A stretch of 64,000 nt of DNA from Eledone cirrhosa (GCA_964016885.1 OZ024755.1:8122001-8186000); one strand, 5' to 3'. Shown: positions 1 to 13,935, counted from the stretch's first letter. The notes: generated from the sequence alone by a model not told the origin. Translations and numbers: made by a program.

Positions 1-39
1 CAAAGAGCTACTGGAAAAACAACCACCCATCTGTTGTCT

Positions 40-605
40 CTTGTAAAGTATTGGTTGAGGAGTTTCTCTCTTCCACATTCGCTTAAGTATATTTTGAAAT
101 TTCATTTTGATTTTCTCATTTTTATTTATAGTTTTTTTTTTATTGTTTGTCTTAAATATGTTTCTTCTATCTCATAGGTTTCCAGTTTTGACTTTACATT
201 TCCTTTATGTATAGAGAATATTTTTGATTTTTCTTCATCTTTTCTAATTATACTTATCAGTTTCACTTTACTTGATTCTAAGTGTTTTTCTAGTCACACT
301 GCTTTACTTTGAAGTTACATATAACCAACTCCACCCTCATTGTTTGAGAGATATGTCTATTTTATCTATAGCAGCTTTCCGGTGGCAACTGCGGAACCTT
401 GTCAGTAGTTTCCTGTTTTTTTCTGTCAAAGTTCGTCAATTAATTTAAATTCCAGTTATGTTTTCTTGAAGCTGTATTTTATAACTCGGCTAGTGTATTC
501 ATACCTATTGTCTTATTTCTAATAGTAAGTCAATTTTTTAATATTAGTTTGACTCTCCTGTTATACATTTTTCTAATTTTCTCTTTCACTCATACTCATG
601 AGGCA
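40..605 (-). mobile_element. Degenerate R4-clade (Dong/R4-like) non-LTR retrotransposon fragment, region C-terminal to RT
   Basis: Manual minus-strand translation across stops and frameshifts gives KEKIRKMYNRRVKLILKN*LTIRNKTIGMNTLA...YSFKK.NWNLN*LTNFDRKNRKLLTRFRSCHRKAAIDKI...NEGGVG. This matches the remembered R4-clade pattern EY.RR...IL.SEL...NK..AIN..A.P...YSF....W...EL..LDRKTRKLLT...HHPKA..DRLY.PR.EGGRG. Confidence 0.7.
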
Positions 606-671
606 TCAGTTTAAACTAGTGATATCTCTAACACAGCATGATGCAGAATAAAGGCATGAATGAGCCCATAA

Positions 672-845
672 ACGAGGAGTTGTTGAAAAATTCCTGGCTT
701 TGGGTAAAAAAATTACAAAATGATCAGTTAATTATGATTTTATTCAACATATTTCCCTCCCAGATTTACACACTTATTACAGCGGTCCTCCAGTCTTTCT
801 AAGCCCCGTAAAAAGAATTCGGAAGGGTGGACACCCAACCAGGCC
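672..845. mobile_element. Tc1/mariner-like transposon terminal fragment
   Basis: Begins acgaggagttgttgaaaaattcctggctt, resembling mariner-type TIRs (CGAGGG...GAAAAGTTCC). No partner TIR seen. Confidence 0.5.
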
Positions 846-1164
846 GCTGTGGCAGCGATCAAAATTGCTGGCCTTGTGCCTAAATCAGAAACCATTATTA
901 CTATTATTATATGATGCAACCTTTGCTGATATTAAACAGGTTTTTACAAGTTTGAACCAATTCTTACTAAAATATAAATATTTAGTATAAAATACGAAGT
1001 GAACATTAACTTACTTTTTTCTGCAAATGTCGTTCCCTGCAAAAATCGAAAAAAATAAAAAAATGTTTTACATTTATATATATTAATACATTGAAGTACG
1101 TAAATGGTTAGTTTGTAAAAATAATGATCTCTTACTTAGAATTATGTATGTATTATCTTCAGGA

Positions 1165-1457
1165 CCTCACCAGTCACTGACAACCATGGTTTTACACCTA
1201 GAAAGTTTCCCTCCGAGGAACAAGCCTGAGTAATGATTGTTTGTGGAAGACCAGAAGTCGACCATGCATACCAGTCTTCATTCTCCACTGCACCGATGTT
1301 GTACAATGGAAAGACTATGGCTGAAACAACTTGGCACCAGTACCTTGAAGCAATGCGAATTAGAGTGTCTTGATCAAGGACACAATGCGTTGTCTGGAAT
1401 CGAACCAAATACCTTACGTTCATGAGTCTAACGCCCTAACCACAAAGCCACGCGCCT
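1165..1457 (-). mobile_element. tRNA-derived SINE (family 2)
   Basis: Minus strand starts ggcgcgtggctttgtggttagggcg (box A), then ggttcgattcc (box B) and ttgtgtccttgatcaagacac. The tail is similar to 61235-61455. Confidence 0.75.
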
Positions 1458-1862
1458 TCACAAAGAATAATGTTAATACGCTTTAAATGTCAATGCACAT
1501 ACCACACACTATTATAATCTAGATAGCATCAAAATTAAACTCATTTTTTTCTATCCTAAACAACCCGTACCAACACCTACACACAACAATAAAGTATGTA
1601 AAACAACTTCTCTACAAACATCATAAAAACATCAACGAAAACCACATGGTAAACAATCTCCAGCCTCCTCACCCGCCGCTCCTCCTACTCTTTCTACTCC
1701 TATCCCCGCCCTCCGATCACCTGCCTATGCCCGTCACCCATCAACGTTACGAAGTTGCACATAAATCAACACAGCAACCATCAAGCATCTAAATTAAACG
1801 AACGAACAAACAAACAAATAAACTAATAAACAAGAGAGAACAAAAGCCAAACGAATCTGACG

Positions 1863-1968
1863 TATGTATGTATGTATGTATGTATGTATGTATGTATGTA
1901 TGTATGTATGTATGTATGTATGTATGTATGTATGTATGTACTTACGTACGTATCTAGGTATGTATGCA

Positions 1969-2019
<51 letters not shown>

Positions 2020-2057
2020 ATATATATATGAATATATATATATATATATATATATGA
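1863..2057. repeat. (TATG)n followed by (TA)n microsatellite
   Basis: Direct inspection. Confidence 0.95.
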
Positions 2058-2242
2058 ATATACATCTGTACACTATAAATGCATGCATGTGTGTAATACA
2101 TATCTATATATATATTTATATTTTATACATATGTATGTATAACCACGCGCACATATTTATATATCATATAAAGTTGATTGCTACGAACGTATGAGCTCAA
2201 CATGGGTGGCTTACGTAACAAATACAACACTCATAGAAACCA

Positions 2243-2323
<81 letters not shown>

Positions 2324-2453
2324 CGGTTTGGAAGTGGTCAGTAAGATTTCGCCATCAAAACGGCGTGAGCTCAGATGCCAGGCATATATATATATGTATA
2401 TATAATATTATTCAAAATATTAATAAATGAGAAATATCATAACCAAAGTATAT

Positions 2454-2514
2454 ATTTTATTATACATATTTCAAAAGTAGAATGGTGATTCAGTACGTTT
2501 TCATCAGATAAAAT
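2454..2514 (-). ncRNA. Type I hammerhead ribozyme motif (PLE-associated, family A)
   Basis: Minus strand: AUUUUAU-CUGAUGA-aaacguacugaaucaccauucuacuuuu-GAAA-uaugua-UA-AUAAAAU. Helix I pairs perfectly over 7 bp, helix II is aaacgua/uacuuuu plus gaau/auuc, helix III is minimal and the cleavage triplet is AUA. Confidence 0.75.
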
Positions 2515-2638
2515 ATATAAGAGATTGGATATGCGACATACCGCTAAGGTGCTTGAATCTTCAATTCCTGTAGTGGCAGTAAGTTATTTCACCAGCCCTC
2601 AACATTTATATACCACAAATAATATGATAAACTTAGAG

Positions 2639-2683
<45 letters not shown>

Positions 2684-2691
<8 letters not shown>

Positions 2692-2858
2692 TAACAGATT
2701 AAAGTTTAAGCAAAATATCGCTGCCTTCACCCTTTCTTTGCTTAAACTTTAATCTGTTATTTTAATAAATATTTGCTCTAGGGTTCTTATATATTTGATA
2801 TATATTTATCCTTATCGAGCCCTCTTTGGATTTTAGTCTTCACATTTATTATTATTAC

Positions 2859-2859
<1 letters not shown>
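2684..2859 (+). mobile_element. Penelope-like terminal-repeat remnant, family B, with inverted partial copy
   Basis: Inverted arms at about 2684-2714 and 2737-2767, then a tail (aaatatttgc...ttatcgagccctctttggattttagtcttcacatttattattattac) shared with the 6977, 14447 and 52376 copies. Flanked by (TA)n. Confidence 0.6.
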
Positions 2860-2905
<46 letters not shown>

Positions 2906-2929
2906 ATTTATATATTGGTTTCTGCAGCC

Positions 2930-3750
2930 TCTGCCAGTAGCTCATCTCTTTCATTGAGACAGTTTTCTTGATCTTGGCTTAGCTTCGGTGCATTCCTTCA
3001 CGTTATACATTTAATTTAACACTGTCGGGTGATCAAAGCTGGAAACAATTGTCCAGGCGACTGATGATAAATGTCCTCTAGAAGACCAACAAAGTTTCCT
3101 CTTCTCTTGTCCTTAATGACTTCAGAATCCATCTTTGTTATATGTACATGGAAGACGAATTATTGTTTATATCAATTTCCAAGTCCTCCACTGATTTTGA
3201 CTTAGGGTTCTCAATCTCTCCTGGTCCAGAGTATCTTTGTTATAGTGGACGTGTATTAGTGGGATGATAGTTGATATTTCTTTGCATTAAACTGTGTATT
3301 GTTATCCTCGTCATATTTGTATATGACATCCACATCTAGTTGTAAAAGAGTAGCATCAAATTTGTGTTTGCTTTTGCTACTTTTGTGTCGTCAATATAGC
3401 CAGTGAGCGCGGCTAACTGTGCTACTGAAGTCATGTCACCACACAGCTGAAGATAATCACCATACAGCGCAGAGGTCCCAAGACAGTTTACTGAGGGGAA
3501 CCACATATTATTAATGTTTCCTTTGAGAGGGCTCCGTTGTTTGTGACAACTTGGCCTTTGTCGTTTAAGAAATCACGCATCAATTCTCCTAGTTTTCCAA
3601 CTATACCGAGACTACGTAGTTACTGATGTATCATTCCATGACCAACCTTATCGAAGGTGTTTGCAAAGTTATCCACATTTGAGCGGTTTAGCATCTATTT
3701 CAATACCCAGTTATTATGATGTGAAAGCTGTGCAAAGTAGCTTAACAGAA
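2930..3750 (-). mobile_element. Degenerate CR1/Jockey-group LINE reverse transcriptase fragment
   Basis: Minus strand reads NVDNFANTFDKVGHGMIHQ*LRSLGIVGKLGELMRDFLNDKGQVVTNNGALSKETLIICGSPQ*TVLGPL...LTGYIDDTKV, corresponding to the RT motifs DFAKAFDKV.H, GVPQGTVLGP and YADDTK. Confidence 0.85.
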
Positions 3751-4277
3751 ATTTGTAGAACGTTGTCGTAATATTTTACAATGTTTACAATGATATTATT
3801 ACACAGGCTTTTGATAAGGACGGCAATACCTTTGAAGTATTTAATTTTTTGACTCTAGCATTAATACGACAAATATGACATATTACAGGATATATGAACA
3901 ATTGCACACAGTAGAAAATTTGCGTTTTGATATATTAATGGTTTGCATAAGAGAAATATAACTTACGTTGATTACATGTGGAAAGTGTTAAAGATAATGA
4001 CATTTTAATTATTTATCTCTAGGGTATAATTACATAAATGTCGAACATATATATACAAATGATATACAGGGTTAAATGTATGAGTGACGTTCTGAAAAGA
4101 AGTTATTTACGGGGACAACTGTTATATTAGAACCCAGGAAATTGTGATTAGAAAGAGAAGGTTTTTTTATTGTAGCAACAGAACTTAAATAAGAAGGGCA
4201 TTGTATGTATGTGAGTGAAAAATGTAAAGGGTTGCAGACAGACAGACACACACACATATATACATATATATATATAT

Positions 4278-4337
<60 letters not shown>

Positions 4338-4421
4338 GAAGGATACTAGCTTTATTAAAACATCGAGTGAATGGGAAAACGGTCGAAGGTCTTCGGTCCT
4401 ATCCGATGACTTCGTCTCTGG

Positions 4422-4524
<103 letters not shown>

Positions 4525-4661
4525 TACTTTAGAGAAAATCGGTAAAACATGCTTTACCCCCTACCCACTCACCCTTTCTTTCTCTCTCCCTCTCTCTCTT
4601 TCTCACACAGAAATTATATAAATGTATGTATTCATGGGAATGTATATATTGAATTATAAAA

Positions 4662-4913
4662 TCAAAGAGAGTGAGAGAGAGTCAACGAGAGAGAAAGAAA
4701 GAGAATGAGAGAGAGATAGGCAACGAGAGAGAGAGAGAGAGAGAGAGAGTGTGTGTGTGTGTGTGTGTGTGAGACATGAAGAGATAGATAAAGAGAGACA
4801 CTAGAGAGAATTAGAGAGAGAGAGAGAGAAAATGAGAGAAAGAGATGCAATGAAAGAAAGAAAGAGAGAGACAGAGAAAGAGAGGCAACGACAGAGAGAG
4901 ACAACAAGAGAGA

Positions 4914-4958
<45 letters not shown>

Positions 4959-5168
4959 TGAGAGAGAAATGGATGCAATGAGAGAGAGAGAGAGAGAATG
5001 AGATAGAGAGATAATGAGTGAGAGAGAGTTACAAGGAAAGAAAGAGAGAGAGGCAACGAGAGAGAAAAAGGCAATGAAAGAAAGAGCTGCAATGAGAGAA
5101 AAAGTGATGCAACGAGAGAGAGGGAGAGAGAGAGAGCGGGTTTCAGAGAGAGAGTGTGTGTGAGAGAG
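4662..5168. repeat. Compound (GA)n/(GT)n low-complexity tract
   Basis: Direct inspection. Confidence 0.9.
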
Positions 5169-5214
5169 TTAAACAAAAAAATAACAAATACATCGATTAA
5201 AAAAAACCCCTAAA

Positions 5215-5445
5215 AACAGAACTACAAAACCACAAAAAAAACACACACCAACAAAACAAAAACACAAAAAAAAACCACACACCAACAAAACAAAAACACA
5301 AAAAACACACACACCAACAAAACAAAAACACAAAAAAAAACCACACACCAACAAAACAAAAACACAAAAAAAACACACACCAACAAAACAAAAACACACA
5401 AAAAAAAACACACACCAACAAAACAAAAACACAAAAAAAAAAATC
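5215..5445. repeat. A/C-rich minisatellite, unit about 30-33 bp (aaacaaaaacacaaaaaaaaccacacaccaac), about 7 copies
   Basis: Direct inspection. Confidence 0.85.
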
Positions 5446-5911
5446 AAGAAAAAAAAAGTCCAAACCCAACCAACAAAGAAATTAAAGACCTACCGAAAGG
5501 AAACAGAAGACTGCGACCAGTAGATATGGTGACATTATTACAGTATTGATGTGGTGTTAATGACAGATCATGAAACCTCTGTGATATGTCTCTTGTAAAT
5601 GTTCTCATACAACTGAACTTGTTCTTTATATACAACTGTTTATATATCTTCCATATATTACTAACAATAATTCTAATGTATTTAAGTCTGTGTTGCTGCA
5701 TGTGTGTATGTGTGTGTGTATGTGTGTGTATGTGTGTGTTTGTAGGTACGAGATTTCTGTATATAGTCGAGTATGTACGGGTGTGGTTACGTGATTCTCT
5801 GTCTGTCTGTGTGTGTGTATATATATATGTATATATGTATATATATATATATGTGTATTATATATTATATATATGTATTATATATTATATATATATATAT
5901 AAATGTCTATG

Positions 5912-5969
<58 letters not shown>

Positions 5970-6297
5970 ATGAATATATATGTGTGTGTGTGTGTACGTG
6001 ATATCTGTATATCTCGTCTGTATATGACGGAGCGTGTACGGGTGTGGTTACGTGTGTGTGGGTTACGTCAACTAGATGAATAATTACATTGGAGAACGGT
6101 GCTGGCCTCTACACCAAAATTAGAAGCAGGAGGAAACATTTTGTCCCAGAAATTGTAGCAATATCTACATATATAGATTGTTCTTATCGCTTATGTTATG
6201 TTATAAACGATGTATACACAAATATATGCACGCACACACATACAGACACGCACATGTACACACACATACACACATACATACATACATACACACACAC

Positions 6298-6341
<44 letters not shown>

Positions 6342-6406
6342 GCACTCAAGCATATAGATATATGAGTAAGTATGAATTAGATATATGTACAAACATATAT
6401 TCATAC

Positions 6407-6490
<84 letters not shown>

Positions 6491-6664
6491 TCAAGCATAT
6501 AAATATATGAGTAAATATAAATTATATATATATGTACAAACATACATTCATACAAAGATGCATGCATACATACTTAAGTGCATATACACACACATACAGA
6601 TACACACAATTACATTTGAAAGTATATATATATAAATATATATATAAATATGTATATATGTATG

Positions 6665-6717
<53 letters not shown>

Positions 6718-6736
6718 TATATAATATATATATATA

Positions 6737-6795
<59 letters not shown>

Positions 6796-6858
6796 GTCCC
6801 AAGGCTCTGAAACCATCAACACCATAAACACAGAGCTGGCATATCTAAGAACTGACTA

Positions 6859-6914
6859 ACTGCCTGATGAGGTCATAGCCATTCAATGGCTTTCATCGAA
6901 ATATATATAGCAGT
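6859..6914 (+). ncRNA. Type I hammerhead ribozyme motif in a PLE-like 3' end (about 6795-6960)
   Basis: ACUGC-CUGAUGA-ggucauagccauucaauggcuuucauc-GAAA-uauaua-UA-GCAGU. Helix I is acugc/gcagu, helix II includes agccau/auggcu, the helix III region is palindromic, and AATAAA follows directly. Flanked by (TA)n. Confidence 0.8.
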
Positions 6915-6976
6915 AAATAAAGGATTATGAGTTCATGCAATTGACTTATGTTTCGTCACTATATGTATATATATAT

Positions 6977-7246
6977 AGTAATAATAAATACGAAGACCAA
7001 AATCCGAAGAGGGAGGGCTCTATAAAGATTGTATATATATATTTAAAAGTATATATAAACCCGAAGACCAAATATTTCAGAAGACCTCGTATAAGGTGAA
7101 AGCAGAAATTATTTGCTTAAACTTTAATCTGTACTAATATATATGTGTGTGTATATATATATATATAGATTAAAGTTTAAGTTTAAGCAAAAACAGATTA
7201 AAGTTTAAGCAAAGAATCGCTACTTTCACCCTTAACGGGATCTTCA
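6977..7246. mobile_element. Penelope-like family B remnants (inverted tail, plus-strand variant HHR at 7074-7123, further minus-strand arm)
   Basis: 6977-7075 is the reverse complement of the family B tail. 7078-7123 reads cagaaga-cctcgtataaggt-gaaa-gcagaaattatttgc-tt-aaact. 7192-7246 matches the arm at 22010-22064. Confidence 0.6.
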
Positions 7247-7553
7247 AGTTTATTTTAAACTTGGTAGGGATGAAGTACGAAGCAGTGCATACTGCATTTA
7301 CATACGGAAGGATCGATGCTGTTGACCTTCTGCTTAAATTATTGCAGAGCCACTTGTTTGATAAAGACATGAGCTGGGAAGTAGTATTGGTGGGTCAACA
7401 CTAGCATTAGAAATAGGACTGAAGGAGGGTTATATGGGTCAGACAGAACCTGGGGCATGAGTGAAGAGACGGACGTCTTGAAAGTTCTTTAATTAAGGGA
7501 ACCTTTGATCAGCACTCAATGCGAAAGAGAGCCCAGTATATTAACAATAGAAG

Positions 7554-7672
7554 GCCCTTTATGATCTGAGTTCAAATCCCACCGAGGTTAACTTTGCCTT
7601 TCATACTTATGAGGTCGATAAAATAAAGTACCAGTAATACACTGAGGTAATTGTGCCCAAAGTAGAAACAAT
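7554..7672 (+). mobile_element. 5'-truncated SINE (family 1) with 17-bp TSD
   Basis: tatattaacaatagaag occurs at 7537-7553 and 7673-7689. The body contains ctgagttcaaatcccaccgaggttaactttgcctttcat. Confidence 0.9.
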
Positions 7673-7825
7673 TATATTAACAATAGAAGAGTCTGTGGAG
7701 ACGACAGTATATCTGTGGAACAGGGATTGGAGTGTGTCAGATGCTAGTTGTTTGTAAGATCGAGAAAACCAAACGAGTATCAACGTTCATCTACAGATAC
7801 CTAGTTATCTAATCACAGCAACAGT

Positions 7826-8200
7826 TGACTGATAAAATGACAAGTCAGTCAATCATATTGGTGGCCTCCCCACAGCCCCGGTAGACAGAATGGAGAAGGC
7901 GTTTCTCCGGAGGACGGAAAGGGAGACGTGTTGGAAAAGCCATTCCAGCTCAGTGCATACGGCGGTGAGTAGGCAAGTAGCCCTAGGGCCGAGCAGACCA
8001 GAAGTTTCCACTGCCAAGGGTACGACCACAAACCTGTTGGAGAGTGACCGGCATTTGGAGAGTTTGACCTCCTCAGTCCGACATGCAGCAGAACTTGGGT
8101 TACTCGCAGACTGCACCAAGTTGCGGCTGGTGTCAGATAGGGCTTAAACAAATTAGCCAAGTGGCTCTTTTCAGGCTGGGTTCTAGGACGATACTATAAG
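7826..8200 (-). mobile_element. CRE-clade non-LTR retrotransposon 3' fragment (restriction-like endonuclease C-terminus plus 3' UTR)
   Basis: ORF 7853-8119 reads SAACRTEEVKLSKCRSLSNRFVVVPLAVETSGLLGP...LEWLFQHVSLSVLRRNAFSILST, matching the RLE C-terminal pattern E..K..KY......F.P.AVET.G..G...L.QR.S.A.QRGNA..I..T. Confidence 0.75.
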
Positions 8201-8263
8201 GAACAGCAGCACTGTGCTACATATAAGAATATTACCTCATTGTAGGTCTCACCTGAGCTTTGG

Positions 8264-8391
8264 TGAAGGTCACTAACTGTTAGGGGTTGAACTCATTTCT
8301 GCCCTGAAGGTCACTAACTGTTAGGGGTTGAACTCATTTCTGCCCTGAAGGTCACTAACTGTTAGGGGTTGAACTCATTTCTGCCCTGAAG
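8264..8391. repeat. Perfect tandem repeat, 41 bp x 3
   Basis: Unit tgaaggtcactaactgttaggggttgaactcatttctgccc starts at 8264, 8305 and 8346. Confidence 0.95.
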
Positions 8392-8909
8392 TCAAAAGCT
8401 AGTCATTACGATACGATCTTAGCTATGTTTAGAAATATGTTAAGTCAAAATTCTAATTTGGTGCGGTACAGTTTTTGCCAATATCATACCACCGTTCTAG
8501 TATTTAATAAATGTTAAATGGCACGTTGTTTATATGATATATATTGTTTACATATGTTTATGTGTACACATATACATTATTAGATATATTTGTAAATACG
8601 TTAATAGAACTGAGTTGCAAAAATATTTACAATGTACACCCCTCATGCATACGTACATACATATATACATACAAATATATGAACACACACATATATGTAT
8701 GTATGTATATGTATATGTATATATTATATATATACATTTAAATATATATAATATATATATAAATGTATATATACATATATTTATATATATATATATATAA
8801 TATATATATATAAATGTATTTATACATATATTTATATATATATATATATAATATATATCTATAAATGTATATATACATATATTTATATATATATAATATA
8901 TATATATAA

Positions 8910-8954
<45 letters not shown>

Positions 8955-8970
8955 TATGTATATATAGATT

Positions 8971-9001
<31 letters not shown>

Positions 9002-9408
9002 AATGTATATATATATATATAATATATACATATACATATACATATATATATACATATACATATATATATATATTTCGTTTCTGAATTTGGCAACATGACC
9101 CTCCCAAAGTATAACAATATATATATATAAATACATTTACACACACACATACACACACACACATATATATATATATATGAGAGAGGGAGGGAGTGAGATC
9201 TAACCAAACTTTCAGTATCGCTCATTATTTTACCCGAAGCGTTAAATCTTTCCCGATAACATCGTTTAATGTCATTAACATGACATGACAGAAAACACTT
9301 TTCATAAGAAATATTAGTAAATGTATATAAACATTGTAATCTCCCCCCTCTCTCTCTCTCAATCTTTCTCTCTCTTACTCATTATCTGTCACTTCTCTAT
9401 CTCTCTCT

Positions 9409-9523
<115 letters not shown>

Positions 9524-9706
9524 ATATTGTTATTTGGCTCTGTGCGTTACCTAGAGCGCTCTTTTCCCTTGATCTATTCATCGGAAACTCTTGCCACTAC
9601 ATATGCATATCTATATATATAATATTATTTACACATGCATATATGTAATGTATATTATATATACATACATACGTACATATGTAATATATATAATATACAT
9701 TATATA

Positions 9707-10042
9707 TACTTTAGGCACAAGGCCAGCAATCATCCAGTGCATTACTGGTACTTTATTTTATCGACCCCGTAAGGATGAAAGGCAAAGTCAACCTCGGCGG
9801 GATTTGAACTCAGATCATAAAGGGACGTAACTATGCTGGAAAGCATGGCGTCCGACCCTCTACCGATACTCCCAATCCACAATATATGTAATATATATAA
9901 TTGTTTCTACTTTAGGCACAAGGCCAGCAATTACCCAGTGCATTACTGGTACTTTATTTTATCGACTCCGTAAGGATGAAAGGCAAAGTCAACCTCGGCG
10001 GGATTTGAACTCAGATCGTAAAGGGACGTAACTATGCTGGAA
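9707..10042 (-). mobile_element. Two tandem SINE family 1 copies
   Basis: Two near-identical blocks (cgtaaggatgaaaggcaaagtcaacctcggcgggatttgaactcag) at about 9707-9881 and 9900-10042. Confidence 0.9.
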
Positions 10043-10077
10043 AATATGTAATATATATAATATACATTATATATACT

Positions 10078-10157
<80 letters not shown>

Positions 10158-10265
10158 GTATATATATATATATATATATATGTTGTTATACTTGGGGAGG
10201 GTCATATTTGTGTAATATTGCCAGAATTAATAACAGAACACACTCACTGTTTGTTTGGTTTTCGC

Positions 10266-10299
<34 letters not shown>

Positions 10300-10551
10300 T
10301 GAGAAGAAATAGTAAGTTATTTATATGGGTTATCCATACATGATGAAGACATATTCAAGACATATTCAAGTTGTGCCCAGATTTTAATTGGTTTAGGGAT
10401 TCCTCTAACACAATAATGAAAGCTCGTGGAATAGAGTTCCTGAGATAGCAAAAGGCACAGAGAGAAAGACAAATAGAAAGACGAGATAGAGAAAGACAAT
10501 AGAAAGACATATATATATAATATAATATATATATATATGCATACACATATA

Positions 10552-10683
<132 letters not shown>

Positions 10684-10714
10684 TTTGTGCGTGCATGTGT
10701 GCGTAATGGACCTC

Positions 10715-10965
10715 AATCGGTCTCGACGATGCTTGTCCGTATTTTTCGTTCAATGGATCATTCTGTTAATGAAAGTAACGTGTAAGTAGCTGAGCATTCG
10801 ATAGACACGTCTACCTTTAACGTAGTTCCCAGGGAGATTCAGCGTGACACAGAGCGTGACAAAGTTGAGAGGCAAAGTTAGCCTCGGTGGGATTTGAAAT
10901 CATAGAGCAGTTAGAATCGAGACGAATACTGTAACACATTTTGACTTTCTAACAACCCTATCCAT
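10715..10965 (-). mobile_element. SINE fragments (family with gtcacgctgaatctccctg tail, adjoining a degenerate family 1 copy)
   Basis: Similar to 35975-36190, 57735-57910 and 62430-62610. Confidence 0.6.
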
Positions 10966-12004
10966 TCAGTTCCTTATTCACACCAATAACGTATATTTAA
11001 TCCCTATAAACTTTATTAAAATTGAATTTCATTCATGTAATTATTTGAAACATATTCCACTGCAATAGAACTGTAAGAACTCTTAGAAGGTAACATGTTA
11101 TTTAAAAAAATATATATTATCTTATATCAACTAAAAATAAAAAAAAAATATTTAAACGATAGAATGTTTCAAGTGAAAATCGCGAAGTCGTGATTTCTTT
11201 ATATAATACCAACAAGCATATCAATAATCTAATAGAAATATTCACATATAAAGATATATATTTCAAAGAATCATTCATGTAAAACTTCGAGTTAAAAACA
11301 AACATTTAAACCAAGAATTTCACCAAGCGAACTTTAATAACCATATCTAGGGTTAAGAAATTTACTTAGAAATTTTTATAACTGTCGATAAAGATGGCCG
11401 AGGCACGAGCGCCGGATTTAATATTTTTCGAACTGAAATTTCGATGTCGAATTTCAAAGCAAGTCGATGATATTATCACCAAGCTCTTGTTTCTTTCTTC
11501 TACAGAAATATGCTGGGTTTGATTGAAGAGACTACAGGGAATTAGCAACATTTATTGAACCAACTCTAGTTCATGATTAATACTTATTTTTATTGACTGA
11601 TTTTCATACTGTTACAAACTGATGAAAGACGAAATGATTTAAGGCAAAGCGGTTTTTAAGCATCAATTAATGACATGTTTCGGTTTGAATGTTGTCGTTA
11701 AAACTGACGGATGATTACTTGTGCAAACCTAATTCCCTGTTGATATAATATCGTCACTCCTGATTCACATAAACATACATGAAAACTCACATATTTCAAA
11801 GAATCATTCATATAATATTATTGATTATTATTCTTTTTAATTGTGAAATAATTCATTAAATTTAAAAATAAAATAAAAATAAAAATTCAAAATTCATCAT
11901 CCATATCTAAAAAACGAAAAAGAAAGAGAAAAAAAATAAGTAGCGAAAGTAAGAGAAAGGGCGAGGGAGAAGCAGTCTCCATACCTTAGTCTAAGTGGTA
12001 TATC

Positions 12005-12165
12005 TCAGCTGCACCCTGTGGACAAAATGACGAAAGAATTACCGTGGAGAACAGCCAATGACATGCAATTCATCAACGACTCTGCTTCACGGGGTTCCTT
12101 CTTCAGCCGAGATTCACTTGCGAAGGAATAAATATCGTATTTAACGTTCTCTTCGAGCCCACTTT
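12005..12165 (-). mobile_element. Highly degenerate CRE-clade 3' fragment
   Basis: Minus strand SRLKKEPREAESLMNCMSLAVLHGNSFVILSTG aligns by eye with RKCESRELEWLFQ.ISLAV.RGNAFSILSTG in the other copies. Confidence 0.6.
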
Positions 12166-12801
12166 AACACACATATCTCAGGTTAAGAAATGTTTTCATA
12201 TATTTTCACAAAACTACGTTTTAACTGAGAGATGTGAAGTTAATCTACTCTTAAGTTTTTCAAGGCAACGAGAAAACATCTACATGGTTGGTTGACCTGC
12301 TCGAAATAACAACCAAACCTCGTTCAAACCGTAATTTATTCTCTTAACTATTGTAGGCTACAATGATTACAGTGCTCCAGAATTCAATATATCTGAAAAT
12401 ATACCTGAGTGATATCGATTCGACGGCTTTGATCGAGGTTCTTCTCGGACAACAGCTGATATAAGGATTAAACATCTCATAATTTTTTACTTGCAACTTT
12501 CTTTCCCTATTTTCACTGGAAAATTGTGAAGGAAAGGTCAAGTTAATTCGAAACCTAATCTTTGTAACAGATATTACGTGATTTTTTGGATTAAGCACAT
12601 GCAGCTGAAAATATTGTTTACTTATCGTCTTAAAAACTCCTTTGCTGAATTGCTTAACAGAAGTGCGTTATCAGAATATTTCAGACAAAACAGATGAGAA
12701 TTTCTTATCAATTAAAAATCTACTTCAGTTTTCCTATTGCTCTTCTGGTGTCAATGTTCTTCTAAAAATACACGCCTCTATAATTCTGTTAATATTTAGG
12801 C

Positions 12802-13328
<527 letters not shown>

Positions 13329-13935
13329 ATATTTGTGTGTGTGAGTGGTTACTTGTGCTTTGTGTAATAAATGTATTATAGTATGTCGTCAGCGTATTAT
13401 TACATAATTTAAACTCCCTTTAATACAAAGGAAAACTCTTAGAAAACCACATGTATCCTCTCAGGTGGAATCCTTTGAATGATGGAAAATATGTTATAAA
13501 CCAACCCACTTATTATGAATTTAAATATGATCCTTATAAACAGAAAGTCTCTCATTTAGTCGAATCTAAGTAGAATAAGATATATGTATACAAATATAAG
13601 AGCTTATTATGAAAAAACGTATATTTACTCTAAGCAAACAACAAACAAACTCCATTTGCATATCATAAAAAAAAGGTTCTGTGTATCTTACTAGTGGAAA
13701 TTCAGAAGTGGTAATTACCAAAAAATCACGTCTGAGTAGTTACACCGTAATTAAGGATCCAACGGGCGTGGGAGAACATTTTAATGATAGGGTCAAGGTT
13801 GTCTTTAGTGGCCAAAAGAGTTTAGAGGTTACGTCATGAGTTACTATTACAAACGATTCATTTTATATGTGTGCTTATTGTGAAAGTGTTATGGGCCAAG
13901 TGAAGTTGTGAGAATTGGAGGCTCCGGAAATAATG

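Noticed and set aside
11619-11645. ctgatga-aagac-gaaa hammerhead-like match
   Set aside because: No room for helix II and no helix I pairing.
11985-12015. Apparent minus-strand micro-exon with good acceptor and donor
   Set aside because: Stops in all three frames, and the acceptor lies in a degenerate CRE fragment.
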